From positions 115,311,873 through 115,375,872 of the forward strand of contig NC_058130.1 of the NCBI RefSeq assembly GCF_016433145.1: a DNA stretch of 64,000 nucleotides, read 5' to 3'. The notes below the pieces were generated by a model. That model searched no databases and was not told the DNA's origin. It saw only the letters and a list, made by a program, of their open reading frames with translations. Of the stretch, positions 11,611 through 24,339 are shown piece by piece. Made by a program: the position numbers and the translations under genes. Source of the DNA: Gracilinanus agilis (taxonomy: Eukaryota). Within the stretch, counting starts at the first letter, position 1; each line of letters opens with the position of its first letter.

Positions 11611-12394
11611 CCAGAGTTTATAGTGGTAAAAACGAGTCAGACACCTCAGGCCTGAGGGAAAAGTCAATAAGGGACCAGGTACAGCCCTTGGTGTCTCTGT
11701 TTACACTGAGAAGAACACAAAAAGCATTTGCATGCTACATGGGATAATTTTATACTGGGTGTTGCAATCTATGTGCTTATTACAATACTATTAATTGCCA
11801 CCTCACTTTTTTTCCAAGTCAAAATAGCCCAAGGATTCTGTATGTGTCCTTCAAGGATCCTCAGCTCTTTTGTGGGTTGCTTAGTGAGCAACACCTGAGT
11901 GTGATACAAAAATAAGGATGTTAATTAGGGCACCTGGGAGAGTGTAAAGCAATTGTCTGAGAATCTTACCCAACTCCACAAGCTCTTCACTGAGTTTGTC
12001 TCTCTGAAAGGTTGGGCAAAGGTCAGCAAGTTCGTTTGGACCAAGAAAGTCCTGGGGTCTCCGGAGAGTTTAGACAATCCATACTGTAAGCCTTGAGGTA
12101 AAAACACAACTTTGGTTTTGAGAAATGCTTGGAACCTTCCTGATAATGTGGATGAAAGAGTGTAGGGGATCTGGGCAAATGGACCTGAGGGTGAGAAGAA
12201 ACCCCTAATCCCCCCCAGGAATGGAATAGTAAAGTCTTGGAGTATTTATGTAGGAGGCATATAGTTTATAAACTGAAGGAATACAGGGTTTGGTGATAGA
12301 CTATGTTTAAACCGTGGCTCTGCTTCTCCTTACCTTGAGCAGGTCTCTGCCCTGACCAGTTTTTTCCTTTGTATAGTGAAGGTGTGGTAGAGTG

Positions 12395-12617
12395 AATAGT
12401 GTGCCAGAAAGACTCCTCTTGTTTTTAAGTCTGGCCTCAGACATGTACTAGTTGTGTGACTCTGGACAAGTCACTTAGCTCTATTTGCCTCAGTTTCCTC
12501 ATTTATAAAATGAGCCAGAGAAGGAAATGACAAACTACTCTAGTGTCTTTGCCAAGAAAATCCCAAAATGGGGTCATAAAGAGTCAGATGCAACTGAAAA
12601 AAGACTGAGCAACAATG
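12395..12617 (+). mobile_element. Mar1-type CORE-SINE (RTE/Bov-B-like tail)
   Basis: CORE (GCCTCAGTTTCCTCATTTATAAAATGAG) followed by GAGAAGGAAATGACAAACTACTCTAGTGTCTTTGCCAAGAAAATCCCAAAATGGGGTCATAAAGAGTCAG. Confidence 0.8.
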
Positions 12618-12987
12618 AAATGAAGCAGTTGAACTGGAAGATCCCTAAAGTCCTGAGAGTTGATCTCTGAACCTACTGATAACCATCTTTCTGTTGAGAC
12701 CTTTCCCAAAGTGGCATCTCTGATGCATACTATGACAGGGTAGGTGGCAGTCTCAGCAGCAGCTTTCCCTACTGAAAGTAGGTCATGAGATCTTGGGATG
12801 GACAGCTTTAGATGCAGCTGTAATGTTCAGAAAACTTTTTGCATGTTTCCAGTGTAGTGTATCTAAATGGGCATGTTAGGGATCTTTAGTGTGACAGATG
12901 GATCGTGTTGCTGAGTCTGGTGCTTTGTGCCTGGCCCAGACAGTGTTATTTGACCTATGCAGCTGATTCTCTGTATGTTTTTATTCT

Positions 12988-13210
12988 AGAGGCAGCTGGG
13001 CGTTACAGTGGGCAGAGTGCTGGTCCTGGAGTTAGGAAGACTGGAGTCTGAATCTGGCTTTCGATATTTACTACGGGGGAAGTCGCAACCTCTCTTTGCC
13101 TCAGTTTCCAAAATTTTTTAATGGAGATAATAAAACAAAGAAAGAAATCCCAAGTTTGCTCTGAGGACCAAATATTTATAAACCATTTTGCAAAGCTTGA
13201 ACTATCTTAT
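12988..13210 (+). mobile_element. MIR relic
   Basis: tRNA-like head AGAGGCAGCTGGGCGTTACAGTGG...GGAGTTAGGAAGAC, then CORE GCCTCAGTTTCC. Confidence 0.7.
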
Positions 13211-13606
13211 AAATGCTAGTTGTTGCTGTGACAATAATGTGTCTGAATTTTACATTTGATGGTTTGGGGTTGTATATGGATAATCTGCTGTCTATTGTTT
13301 GGTACATTATGGATGTGAAAAAGATTATTTACTGTAGGCAAGTAAGAAAGGGCTACAAGCCAATGGCAGGTTAGAATGCCTTTGCTAATATAGGAGGAGG
13401 AAGAGAGGGCCAAAATATGTCCCCAAAGCATTGTGCCAAGTCTAGGGGGAGATGATATCCTTGTTTTTTTTTTTTTGTTTTTTTCCCCCCAGGCTAATTT
13501 TCTCCTCAAAGCATAGAGTTCAGAATGCAGGGAACATAGAAGTTAGATATGTAGTTGTTAAATCAAGTGAACCCTAAGGCTTCTCTCTTATCTCCTTCTA
13601 CTAAAG

Positions 13607-13829
13607 CAGGGGTTGGCAATGTATGGCTCTAGAGCCATATCTGGCTCTTTCCAGTGCCAGATATGGATCTTTCTGCAGGAGCCATAAAGTCAATTTTTTC
13701 AGGCGACCTTACAGGAGCGCATAGTGTTACAGGAGCGTACACTGTGAACACTGTACGGCTCTCACGAAATTACATTTTAAAAAATGTGGCGTTTATGGCT
13801 CTCACAGCCAAAAAGGTTGCCAACCCCTG
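13607..13829 (+). mobile_element. Charlie/Buster-type hAT MITE, family A copy 1
   Basis: TIRs CAGGGGTTGGCAA / TTGCCAACCCCTG. TSD TACTAAAG / TGCTAAAG. Confidence 0.93.
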
Positions 13830-15146
13830 TGCTAAAGAAACTTTATAATCCCTGGGTTTAAATAGTAGGCAATGCATGAACACTGAAACAAAGGACTATC
13901 TCCCTTTCTAAAAGTCTTCATGAAGAGAGGTTTGAACTCTTGGTACAGAGAATGAACTAGATATTTTTAACTGAGGAATTGGAAGCCTTTTGAAAGAACA
14001 GAAAAAGATATGGAGTTCTTGTACTATTGACTCAGAATCCAAACATAATTTCATGTTTCTTATTCACTGTTTTTCTAATTTGTTTATAGGACTTAGATCA
14101 AGGAATCTCCCTAACAACTTGATAAGTTTGCAGATAATTCCTTTGGAATTTACTATCTTCCAATGGAAGTAGGGATGAACTAAGGGACATGGTGGAAAAT
14201 GGATTTCACTGATGGTGGTTTTCTCCATGATAAGTTGGTTGCATTTTATAACAGGAAAAGACTCTGGACCCGGGAGCATGGATTTATGGGAAATAGAGTT
14301 TTGACACACTAAATTCCTCTCATGCTTTGCCTGGAGAGGGTAGTACCTGCATATGTGGTAGAGCCTGGGCAGAGATGACTGAGCTTAAGATCCCATTTGG
14401 TTTTAGAGAGGCAAACAGCAGCAGTGGAAAGCAGGAAGCAAACAACTTAGTAGCATTCTGGGAAAGAAGTCTTTGAAGGTAGAGTTCAGAGATTATAGTC
14501 TGATTATTGAAGGTATAGCTCCAGAGCTAAGGCCTCCTCATAATAAGGGGAAAACAAAGAAAGAAATAAACAAAAAACTCAACTTAATGGAGGGGCTGGA
14601 ATAAATTGAAACTTCTGAGTCTCTTTGAGATCAGCAAAAGGAAAATGAAGACTTAATTATATGCTCCCTTTTTCTTTGCCTGCTGTTGGAATTCATTTCC
14701 TACATGATTTCTCAATTCTTTAAGTTGTTCTTAAATCTTGATGTTCTCATCTAAAATTATAACTGGTCTTAATTTATGTGTTTGATTCATGTCTGTTATT
14801 AATTGGATATATGAGGATGGCAAAGGAGAGAATCAGTGAATAGATTATATTACACAGAACTAAACAGGACAGAAGTTTGAACCTTGGTCTAAAATGACTA
14901 GGAATTTCTCCTCCCTCCCTCTAACTTACTCTCGCCTGGAGACAGAGCTGAATGAGATTGAATGTTATTATATGAATAGCTTTTATAAGGTCTTTAATAG
15001 CAGAGAAAGATGAACTATGTGACTCAGGATATAAATATTGAGTCATGAGTATCTAGACTTAAGTGATATGGCAGATGTAGTAAAAGGCAAAACACTTTTT
15101 TTTTCAGAGACAGCCTGCAGGAAGAATTTATCCCTTTCCTTGTCAT

Positions 15147-15330
15147 CTTTTTTTTTTTAACCCCCACTTTCTGTCTTAGAGTCAATACTAAGTATTGGTT
15201 CCAAGTAATAAAGGCTAGGCATTTGGGGTTAAGTGACTTGCCCAGGATCACACAGCTTTGGAAGTGTTTGAGACCAGTTTTGAGGCCAGGACCTCCCAGT
15301 CTGCCTTTCTATCCACTGAGCCACTTAGTC
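15147..15330 (-). mobile_element. SINE1_Mdo-type SINE, older copy
   Basis: Poly-T then AACCCCCACTTTCTGTCTTAGAGTCAATACT...GACTTGCCCAGGATCACACAGCT...ATCCACTGAGCCAC. Confidence 0.85.
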
Positions 15331-15712
15331 ATTATCTATTGAAGCTAGTGTGTTTCTGTCTTTGATGACCAGAAGGGTAGAGACAATGATTAAAGGATAA
15401 TCAGGACATGGCTCATCTGGTGATAAGTTTGAGGAAGACCTTGGCTTGCCCACACAATTCCAAAGGAAGGAATGAATGGGGGGATTCCTCTTATTTTCAT
15501 TTTTATTTTCTACCTACTATAGTTCCAACCTTTCTGACAATGCTACATGGTTAAGATACTCCCTTCACCACTTAAGAGCCTCTTGGCTTTGGATCCATGC
15601 AGAAGGTCCAACTGAGTTCAGGTCTGAATGATCTTGACCTCTATTGAGGATAGGGTTAGGGTACCCTTTCTTACACTGTTTGACTCATTAAACCCTGACC
15701 TTAATGTCCCAG

Positions 15713-16204
15713 TGTTGGGGGTAGAAGGGCTTGAGGTGAATCCCTGGGGTTTGGGACAGGTATCCTTTGCAAGAATGCAAGACTCCATAAGAGCTTAGAA
15801 ATAAAAAGAGAAATTTATTAATTTGGAATCCATGTTGAAGTAGCTAGGAGGACAGGTGCAAGAGTGGGCACTGCCTCCCCCAGGAGATGTGTCCTGGATC
15901 TTTTATATCTTTTGATAATAGGGGCTCAGTGACCAGGAATGAGGGATATGGTTAGGCAGGAGTGAGGGATGTTTGTTATCTGACTGGGGTTTGTGTCCTG
16001 AAGACACAAGGGGTGACTGGCATAGTTTAGGGGGTCAAATAAATGCCCTAGATTACAACCAGATGGTATGAAAGCATAACCAGAAGATGTCTATCTGTGT
16101 CCATCTCAAAATCTAGGGGAGAATCCATGGAGAAAATTCCTCCTGGGAGTCTTGCCTTATCATGAGTCTCTGATATCCAGAGTCACCTTTTCCTCAGCAT
16201 TACA
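15713..16204 (-). mobile_element. Probable solo LTR
   Basis: TG...CA termini. On the minus strand TATAAAA (15901-15907) lies about 80 nt before AATAAA (15814-15819), a U3-R-U5 layout. No matching TSD, so the ends are uncertain. Confidence 0.6.
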
Positions 16205-16515
16205 AGAATGCAAGGAAGGAAAGGAACTTTCCACTTGTGGGGTTTGGGATGTACAGGGAAACCTGGGGTCCCATGTCACCAAGAATAGATTGCTTAGGTT
16301 TAGGCTGATGTCTAAGCTTTTCCTAAAAGGGGAATTACAAAGGCAGTTAATATGCACTATGAATCAGTTATGGGTTAGACATTTAATATCCTACATATAA
16401 GATAAATTCTAAAATACCAAAGGTTCTCATAAGTGCACTGATAGTAAGAAACTAAACAAATGGCAGTGCTACCATTAAATATGGCTGAGAGGTTATAAAT
16501 TAAAAGCAACTAACA

Positions 16516-16724
16516 TGGGGGCAGGTAGGTGAACCAGTGGATTAAGAGCCAGGCCTAAAGATGGGAGGTCATGGCTTCAAATCTGGTGTTACACACTTCC
16601 TAGCTGTGTGATGCTGGGCAAGTCATTTGATCCCCATTGCCTAGTAGCCCTTACCATTCTTCAGCCTTGGAACCAATACATATATAGCATTGATTCTATG
16701 CTAAAAGGTAAGAGTTTTAAAAAA
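16516..16724 (+). mobile_element. SINE1_Mdo-type SINE whose A-tail is the L1 insertion site
   Basis: GGGGGCAGGTAGGTG...GAGCCAGGCCTAAAGATGGGAGG...CTGGGCAAGTCATTTGATCCCCATTGCCTAG...GGTAAGAGTTTTAAAAAA. Confidence 0.9.
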
Positions 16725-16736
16725 CAAATAAACACA

Positions 16737-19700
16737 GAAGGGAAAGTAAGAAAACTCTTATTTTTTAAATTTGTCTCTTTAAGGGCTTCAATAAGATCTA
16801 ATTATTTGTATTCCTATGTGGAGAAATGTTATATATAATTCTCTGTAGTGAGCTCTATTCACTATTATAGTATTCACTATTATAGTAATTAGAAGAATTA
16901 TTCATAGGGAGAGGATGGAATACTAAATGGTCTAAGATGACATGGGGGGTGGGAAAGAGGGGGGTGAATAATAGAGGACACCAAGAGAAACTTGAATGAA
17001 TAAGAAAAATAGGATATTCTATTACACACAAAGAGGGCATGGGAAGGGGAAGGGATGAATACTATTATAAAAAGGAGAGGAAGAGAGCATTAAGAGGTAA
17101 TATTTAAACCTTACCATCAGTGTAATTAACCCTGAGAGGGAAGAGTAGGTATATCCATTGGGATATAAAACTCTATCTAACCCTACTGAGAAAGTCAGAA
17201 GTGATAAACCAAGGGGAGCAGGGGAGTGGGGAGGTAGAAGAAGAGGGAGGGAATTCATTAGGCCTTAAAAATAAAAAGAGAGGAAAAATAAGGCAGGGAG
17301 TAGAAAGGGAAGTAAATCAAGGGAGGGGACAAGGGTTACTGGCTTAAAGCAAACCACTGGTTTAAAAGGAAATAGTTTAAGAAGAAGGGGTAGAACTAGG
17401 AGAGGATACCAAAATGTTGGCGAATACACAACTGATAATTATAACTCTGAATGTAAATGGGATGAACTCTCCCAAAAAATGGAAGCAAATAGCAGAGTGG
17501 ATTAGAAACCAAAATCCTACCATTTGTTGTCTACAAGAAACACATATGAGGCCGGTGGACATACACAGGTTTAAGGTAAAGGGCATGAGCAAAACTTTTT
17601 GGTCTTCAAATGAGAAAAAGAAGGCAGGAGTGGCAATCATAATTTCTGACAAAGCCAAAGTAAAAATAGATGTGATTAAAAAAAGACAGGGAAGGTAATT
17701 ACATCCTGATAAAAGGCAGTATAGACAATGAGGAAATAACAGTGCTCAATATGTATGCACCAAATGTCATAGCATCCAAATTCATAAAGGAGAAACTGGC
17801 AGAACTCAAGAAGGAAATAGATAGTAAAACCAAAAAAAAAAGTGGTAGACCTAAATATTCCTCTTTCAGATCTAGATAAATCAAACCAAAAAATAAATAA
17901 GAAAGAGATAAGAGAGGTGAATGAAGTCCTAGAAAAATTAGATTTAATAGATATGTGGAGAAAAATAAATAGGAACAAAAAGGAATGCACCTTCTTTTCA
18001 GCTGCAAATGGTACATTCACAAAGATTGACCATGTAATAGGGCATAGAAACATTGCAAACAAATACAAAAGAGCAGAAATAATAAATGTAACCTCAGATC
18101 ATAATGCAATAAAAATAATAATTAGTAAGGGTACCTGGACAGTCAAATCAAAAACTATGATTCTCCAAAACCAACTAGTCAAAGAACATATCATAGAAAC
18201 AATCAACAATTTCATTGAAGAGAATGACAATCATGAGACATCCTACCAAACTCTGTGGGATGCAGCCAAGGCAGTACTCAGGGGGAAATTTATACCCTTG
18301 AGTGCATATATTAAAAAATTAGGGAGGTCAGAGGTTAATGAATTGGGCATACAACTTAAAAACTAGAAAGTGAGTAAATTAAAAATCCCCAGATGAAAAC
18401 TAAATTAGAAATACTAAAAATCAAGGGAGAAATTAATAAAATTGAAAGTAAAAGAACCATTGAATTAATAAATAAGATTAGAAGCTGGTATTTTGAAAAA
18501 ACAGATAAAACAAATAAAATAGACTGGTCAATCTAATAAAAAAAAGGAAAGAAGAAAACCAAATTGACCGTATCAAAGATGAAAAGGGAGACCTCACCTC
18601 TAATAAAGGGGAAATTAAGGCAATCATTTAAAACTATTTTGCCTAATTATATGGCAATAAATATAGCAATCTAGGAGATATGGATAAATATTTACAAAAA
18701 TATAAATTGCCTAGATTAACAGTAAAATAAATAGAAAACCTAAATAATCCCATATCAGAAAAAGAAATTGAACAAGCCATCAAAGAACTCCTTAAGAAAA
18801 AATCGCCAGGGCCTGATGGATTCACAAGTGAATTCTATCAGACACTCAAAGAGCAACTAATCTCAATACTATGCAAATTATTTGATATAATAAGCAAAGA
18901 AGGAGTCCTACCAAATTCCTTTTATGATGCAAATATGGTACTGATTCCAAAGCCAGGTAGATCAAAAACAGAGAAAGAAAACTACAGACCAATCTCCCTA
19001 ATAAATAAATAGATGCAAAAATCTTAAATAGAATACCAGCAAAGAGACTCCAACAAGTGATCAAGAGGATCATCCACCATGACCAGGCGGGATTTATACC
19101 AGGAATGCAAGGTTGGTTCAACATTAGGAAAACCATCCACATAATTGGCCATATTAACAGTCTAACCAACAAAAATCACATGATTATCTCAATAGATGCT
19201 GAAAAAGCCTTTGACAAAATACAGCATCCATTCCTATTGAAAACCCTGGAAAGTATAGGAATAGAAGGACCTTTCCTAAAAATAATAAGCAGTATATACC
19301 TAAAACCATCAACAAATATCATATGCAATGGGGATAAATTGGAACCCTTCCCAATAAGAGCAGGAGTGAAACAAGGATGCCCATTATCACCTCTATTATT
19401 TAACATTGTACTAGAAACACTAGCAGTAGAAATTAGAGAAGAAAAAGAAATCAAAGGTATCAAAATAGGCAATGAAGAGACTAAGCTATCACTCTTTGCA
19501 GATGATTTGATGGTCTACTTAAAAAATCCTAGAGAATCAACTAAGAAGCTTGTAGAAATAATCAACAACTTGAGCAAAGTTGCAGGATACAAAGTAAACC
19601 CACATAAATCATCAGCATTTCTATATATTTCCAACACATCACAGCAGCAAGAGGTAGAAAGAGAAACACCATTTAAAATCACCCTAGACAATATAAAATA

Positions 19701-21591
19701 CTTAGGAATCTATCTACCAAAACAAACACAGGAATTATATGAAAACAACTACAAAACACTTTCCAAACAATTAAAACTAGATTTAAACAATTGGAAAAAC
19801 ATTGATTGCTCATGGATAGGATGAGCTAACATAATAAAAATGACCATTCTACCCAAATTAATTTACCTATTTAGCGCCATACCTATCAAACTACCAAAAA
19901 ACTTTTTCACTGAATTAGGAAAAACTTTAACAAAGTTCATTTGGAATAACAAAAGATCAAGAATATCAAGGGAAATAATGAAAAAAATGTGAAGAAAGGT
20001 GGCCTAGTAGTATCAGATATTAAACTATACTGTAAAGCAGCAGTCATCAAAACAATATGGTACTGGCAAGAGACAGAAGGGAGGATCAGTGGAATAGACG
20101 TGGGGTAAGTGACATCCACAAGAGTGTATGATAAACCCAAAGAGCCCAGCTTTTGGGATAAAAATCCACTATTTGACAAAAACTGCTGGGAAATTTGGAA
20201 AACAATATGGGAGACATTAGGTTTAGATCAGCATCTCACACCCTACACCAAGATAAATTCAGAATGGGTGAATGACTTGAATATAAAGAGGGAAACTATA
20301 AATAAGTTAAGTGTACATAGAATAGTTTACTTGTCAGATCTCTGGGAAAGGAAAGATTTCAAAACCAAGCAAATGTTAGAGAAAATTACAAAATGTAAAA
20401 TAAATGATTTTGAATATATCAAACTAAAAAGTTTTTGTACAAACAAAAACAATGTAGCCAAAATCAGAAGGGAAACAACAAATTGGGAAAAAAATCTTTA
20501 TACCAAAAAAACTCTGACAGGGGTCTAATTACTCAAATATACAAGGAGTTAAACCAATTGTATAAAAAATCAAGCCATTCCCCAATTGATAAATGGGCAG
20601 GAGACATGAATAGGCAATTTTCAGATAAAGAAAGCAAAAGTATCAATAAGCACATGAGAAAGTGTTCTAAACCTCTAATAATTAGAGAAATGCAAATCAA
20701 AACAACTCTGAGGTATCACCTCACACCTAGCAGATTGGCTAAAATGAAAGAAAGGGAGAGTAATGAATGTTGGAGGGGATGTGGCAAAACTGGGACATTA
20801 ATGCATTGCTGGTGGAGTTGTGAACTGATCCAACCATTCTGGCTGGCAATTTGGAACCACGCTCAAAGGGCTATAAAAGAATGCCTGCCCTTTGATCCAG
20901 CCATACCATTGTTGGGTTTGTACCCCAAAGAGATCATAGATAAACAAACTCGTACAAAAATATTTATAGCCGTGCTTTTTGTGATGACAAAAAACTGGAA
21001 AATGAGGGTATGTCCTTCAATTGGGGAATGACTGAACAAATTGTTGTATATGCTGGTGATGGAATACTATTGTGCTCAAAGGAATAATAAACTGGAGGAA
21101 TTCCATGTGAACTGGAAAGACCTCCAGGAATCGATGCAGAGAGAAAGGAGCGGAGCCAGAAGAACATTGTACACAGAGACCAATACACCATGGTAAAATA
21201 GAATGTAATGGACTTCTGTACTGGCAGCAGTACAATGACCCAGGACAATTCTGAGGGATTTATGGAAAAGAACGCTATCCACATTCAGAGGAAGAACTAC
21301 AGGAGTGGAAACACAGAAGAAAAGCAACTGCTTGAACACATGGGTTGAGGTGGACATGATTGGAGATGTAAACTCCAAGGACTACCCCAGTGCAACTATC
21401 AATAATATAGAAACAGGTCTTGATCAATGATACGTGTTAAAACCAGTGGAAATGTGCATCAGCTATGGGTTGGGGAGTCTAGGGGGGTGAAGGGGAAAGT
21501 AAGAGCATGAATCATGTAACCATGTTAACTTTTCTAAAAAATAAATATTATTAAATGTTATATATATATATATATATACATGATTAGAGAA
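16737..21591 (+). mobile_element. 5'-truncated opossum L1 (spacer + ORF2 + 3' UTR), non-autonomous
   Basis: Perfect 18-bp TSD AAAAAACAAATAAACACA at 16719-16736 and 21592-21609, preceded by TTTT (L1 endonuclease site). ORF2 motifs present; ORF1 absent. Confidence 0.97.
17414..21196 (+). pseudogene. Disrupted L1 ORF2 (endonuclease, reverse transcriptase, C-terminal Cys domain)
   Basis: EN motifs TLNVNG and ICCLQET; RT motifs [21 protein letters not shown] and LFADD; C-terminal CWRGCG...HCWW. Split across frames by multiple stops and frameshifts; ancestral stop TAA at 21194-21196. Confidence 0.97.
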
Positions 21592-22134
21592 AAAAAACAA
21601 ATAAACACAAAATCTAACATGCAGCTGTTTGCAGGACTGCGAATCAAGCACTTTACATTTGACTTTGGTTCTTTATTTTCACCCTCCAAAGGCCAAGTCT
21701 TCTGGCAAGTCAAATCAGGAATGAGGATTCTTTCTCTTGTCAGTAGTTGACTCCTGTCATGCAAAAATTTTCCTTGCCATCAGCAAAACCTGCTCATTGG
21801 AGCCAGAACTTCTAGATCTCTTGAATTTACAATATTACCTCCAAACTCAACTATGACGACCTTGAGAACGGCATTTGATCATTTACTTAAGAAAAGGAAA
21901 TCCCAAGAAGAAAGGGCATTCAGAGACTCAGGAACTAGTTCACCTGGTTGATTTCATGCTTCATTTGGAAGAAGTGGCTAAGTAGGATGTAAAGAGTAAA
22001 GCCCATTCTCTCATGTTCTTCATAGGGCAGAGAAATAGAGCATACTACTTGCCAAATAGGAAAGTTAAAATAAGAGTGAGAACTCAAAGGTCTCTCTTCT
22101 TTTAACTGATGCACTTCCCTGAAACTCCTCCATG

Positions 22135-22670
22135 TGTGGGGAGGGAGAACTAAGGGAAAACCACCCAGGATTTTCCATAAAGTCTTATCAGAGTTGGGTC
22201 ACTCCTTGGCTGGAAAGAGGGAATTATTCATCTACAACATGCCATGAGTGCTGAATCAGTACTATTGGTTGGCTTGAACCAGGAGAAATGACTTTGAATG
22301 TGTTCTATGTATGGCTCTTGTCGTACTCAAATTACTGTGTAGTCTATTTTGATGAAAGATCTATTCATTTTGAGTTTATAATGAATTAGATGGATTGGTT
22401 GGTCTTAGCATGTTGGTGGAGCTATCCTTCTTGTAGTCAATGAATTGATTGACTTAAATGTCTCTGTCTCTCGTATCTTGTGGAAGGAGCCAGGACATTT
22501 CTCTGCTCTATAAAAAAGACCTCTTTTGTCCCCTCCCTCACTTCTCTTTTATCATTTTGCTTTTCAATAGAGTGCAGATCAGATTGAAATCCTTCCCTTA
22601 CTACCTTAGGAGAAGGCATCTGGGACTCTATGTTATTAACCCCATTGGATCTGAGGAGTAGGGAATCACA
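22135..22670 (+). mobile_element. Possible solo LTR
   Basis: TGTGGG...ATCACA termini, two ATTGG boxes, TATAAAA at 22509-22515 followed by a CT-rich R-like stretch and TCAATAGA. No TSD found. Confidence 0.45.
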
Positions 22671-24119
22671 AGTCAAACGTGTCCCAGAGATGCCAGCAAC
22701 TAGATAATAATGTAGTATTGGGAAAGCATTGACCCTGTATGGAGAGGCAGTGATCTCAACTATGGGATAGAGAGTAGAGTACTATGTTTTCTGAGTTCCT
22801 AAAGCCTAGTTCCTGGAGATATACTAAGAATTTTTCCTTGGGAAATAACAATCCCAAGTTTGAGAGTTCCAGAACTCAGCCACCCATCAGAAAATGGGAA
22901 ATTCCAGAGAAGTACCACCCTTTTGGTGAGGAAGAAGATGGTACATGTGGCCCCCAAAGAAGAAAGAGTGACAAGACACTAAATATGATTGGAGAAAGAG
23001 GGGCTGATCAAAGGAATTTCCTGCTTAATTGCATGAGGCTATGGGTAGTGAACCTTTGTTAAGGACTTTGTATCTGCCTATAGGTTGAGGCTATGGGAAT
23101 ACCCTTTGGTGAGTCCTAGAAAAAAGGTTTTTACAGAGGTGGCAATAGTAAGCAAACAAAGGCCTTCAGATTTGAGCCTCAATGTAAATGTTGACTATGA
23201 ATTGAACTTTTAATGACCAAGTGAAGTCATCACCTCTTGTTCCAGTGAATACTATACAAAATTTTCCTCATGGAATTACTGTAGAAAATAGTGATTTTAG
23301 TTACGAAATAGGGCACAAAGATAATCAACTGGGACCAGTCTTAAAGTGAAGGAAAGAGGAAATTCTTCTCTGTGAGATTCAACTATCTACCTACTGAGGG
23401 AAATTAACTTTGTTAAGGAGTGAGGTAATCACTCATATTTCTTCTTAGAGTGCTAAAAATCAGGAAAAGCTTTCTCAGAGTAGTTTGCTTTCCTTAGTCA
23501 TGGCAGATTAGGCAGCATTAGAACACGAACGACCATTTAGATGGAGAAAATGTAAAAATGCTTTTGATGAATGGACATCTTGTCTGCAGGTCCCCAACAT
23601 TTTCCTGTTTCTGCTTCTTCTGGGCATCTTTCTTTTGCCACCCTCCACACCCCAGAGGTTCAAAGGTGGAGCAGAAGATTTTCCTCCAAAGACCCTATGA
23701 TTAGTATACATAGTCTGATGATTCCCTTCCCCCACCTATTAACCAGCAAAATAGGCTCATGCATAGGCAGTTTACATGATTATTTTAAATACAATGTGAT
23801 AGTATCTTGGGGTGGGAGCTACACAGAGATGAGATAAGTTACAGGTACACAGTCTCACTGTTATTTATTTGGTTTGGCACAAATTGAAAGGATTAAAACT
23901 ATGTTCCAGGTTTTTTTTTGTTGTTTTTTTGTGTTTTTTTTTTACTCCCTTTCTAGTCTCCAGTACCTTGTCTAACCCTGACCTTCATGATTCCGCAAAG
24001 TTGATTCCACTTTAACACTCAGACTTAAGTTGAGAATTCTCACAAAGTATCACAAGTTCCTGGAGTAAATTTTTTTTCTCCCATCATTAAAACTGAATTT
24101 GACTCTAAGAAACTTAGTT

Positions 24120-24320
24120 GTAATGCATCTGGAGTCAGGAAGATCTAGAATTTCACCATGTGACCACACATTTCTAACTCATTTAATGTTACCTTCACTT
24201 CAGTTTTATCATTAGTAAAATGGGAATATTACTCCTTGTAATATCTATCTTACAGGACTATTATGAGAATTAAATGAGATAATATAAATAAAATATTTTA
24301 TAAATCTTAAAGCACAATAA
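24120..24320 (+). mobile_element. MIR relic
   Basis: CTGGAGTCAGGAAGATCT...CTTCAGTTTTATCATTAGTAAAATGGG...ATGAGAATTAAATGAGATAATAT. Confidence 0.7.
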
Positions 24321-24339
24321 ACATGTTTGATATCTTCTT

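Noticed and set aside
17377-21378. Multiple minus-strand ORFs over the long L1
   Set aside because: Antisense shadows of A-rich L1 ORF2.
16823-21566. AAATGTTATATATA at both ends of the long L1 as an alternative TSD
   Set aside because: The perfect 18-bp TSD with a TTTT/AAAA site fits better; AAATGTT is part of the L1 3' end.
23520-23590. HERPFRWRKCKNAF, superficially like a C2H2 zinc-finger linker
   Set aside because: Lacks the paired Cys/His ligands and any tandem repetition.
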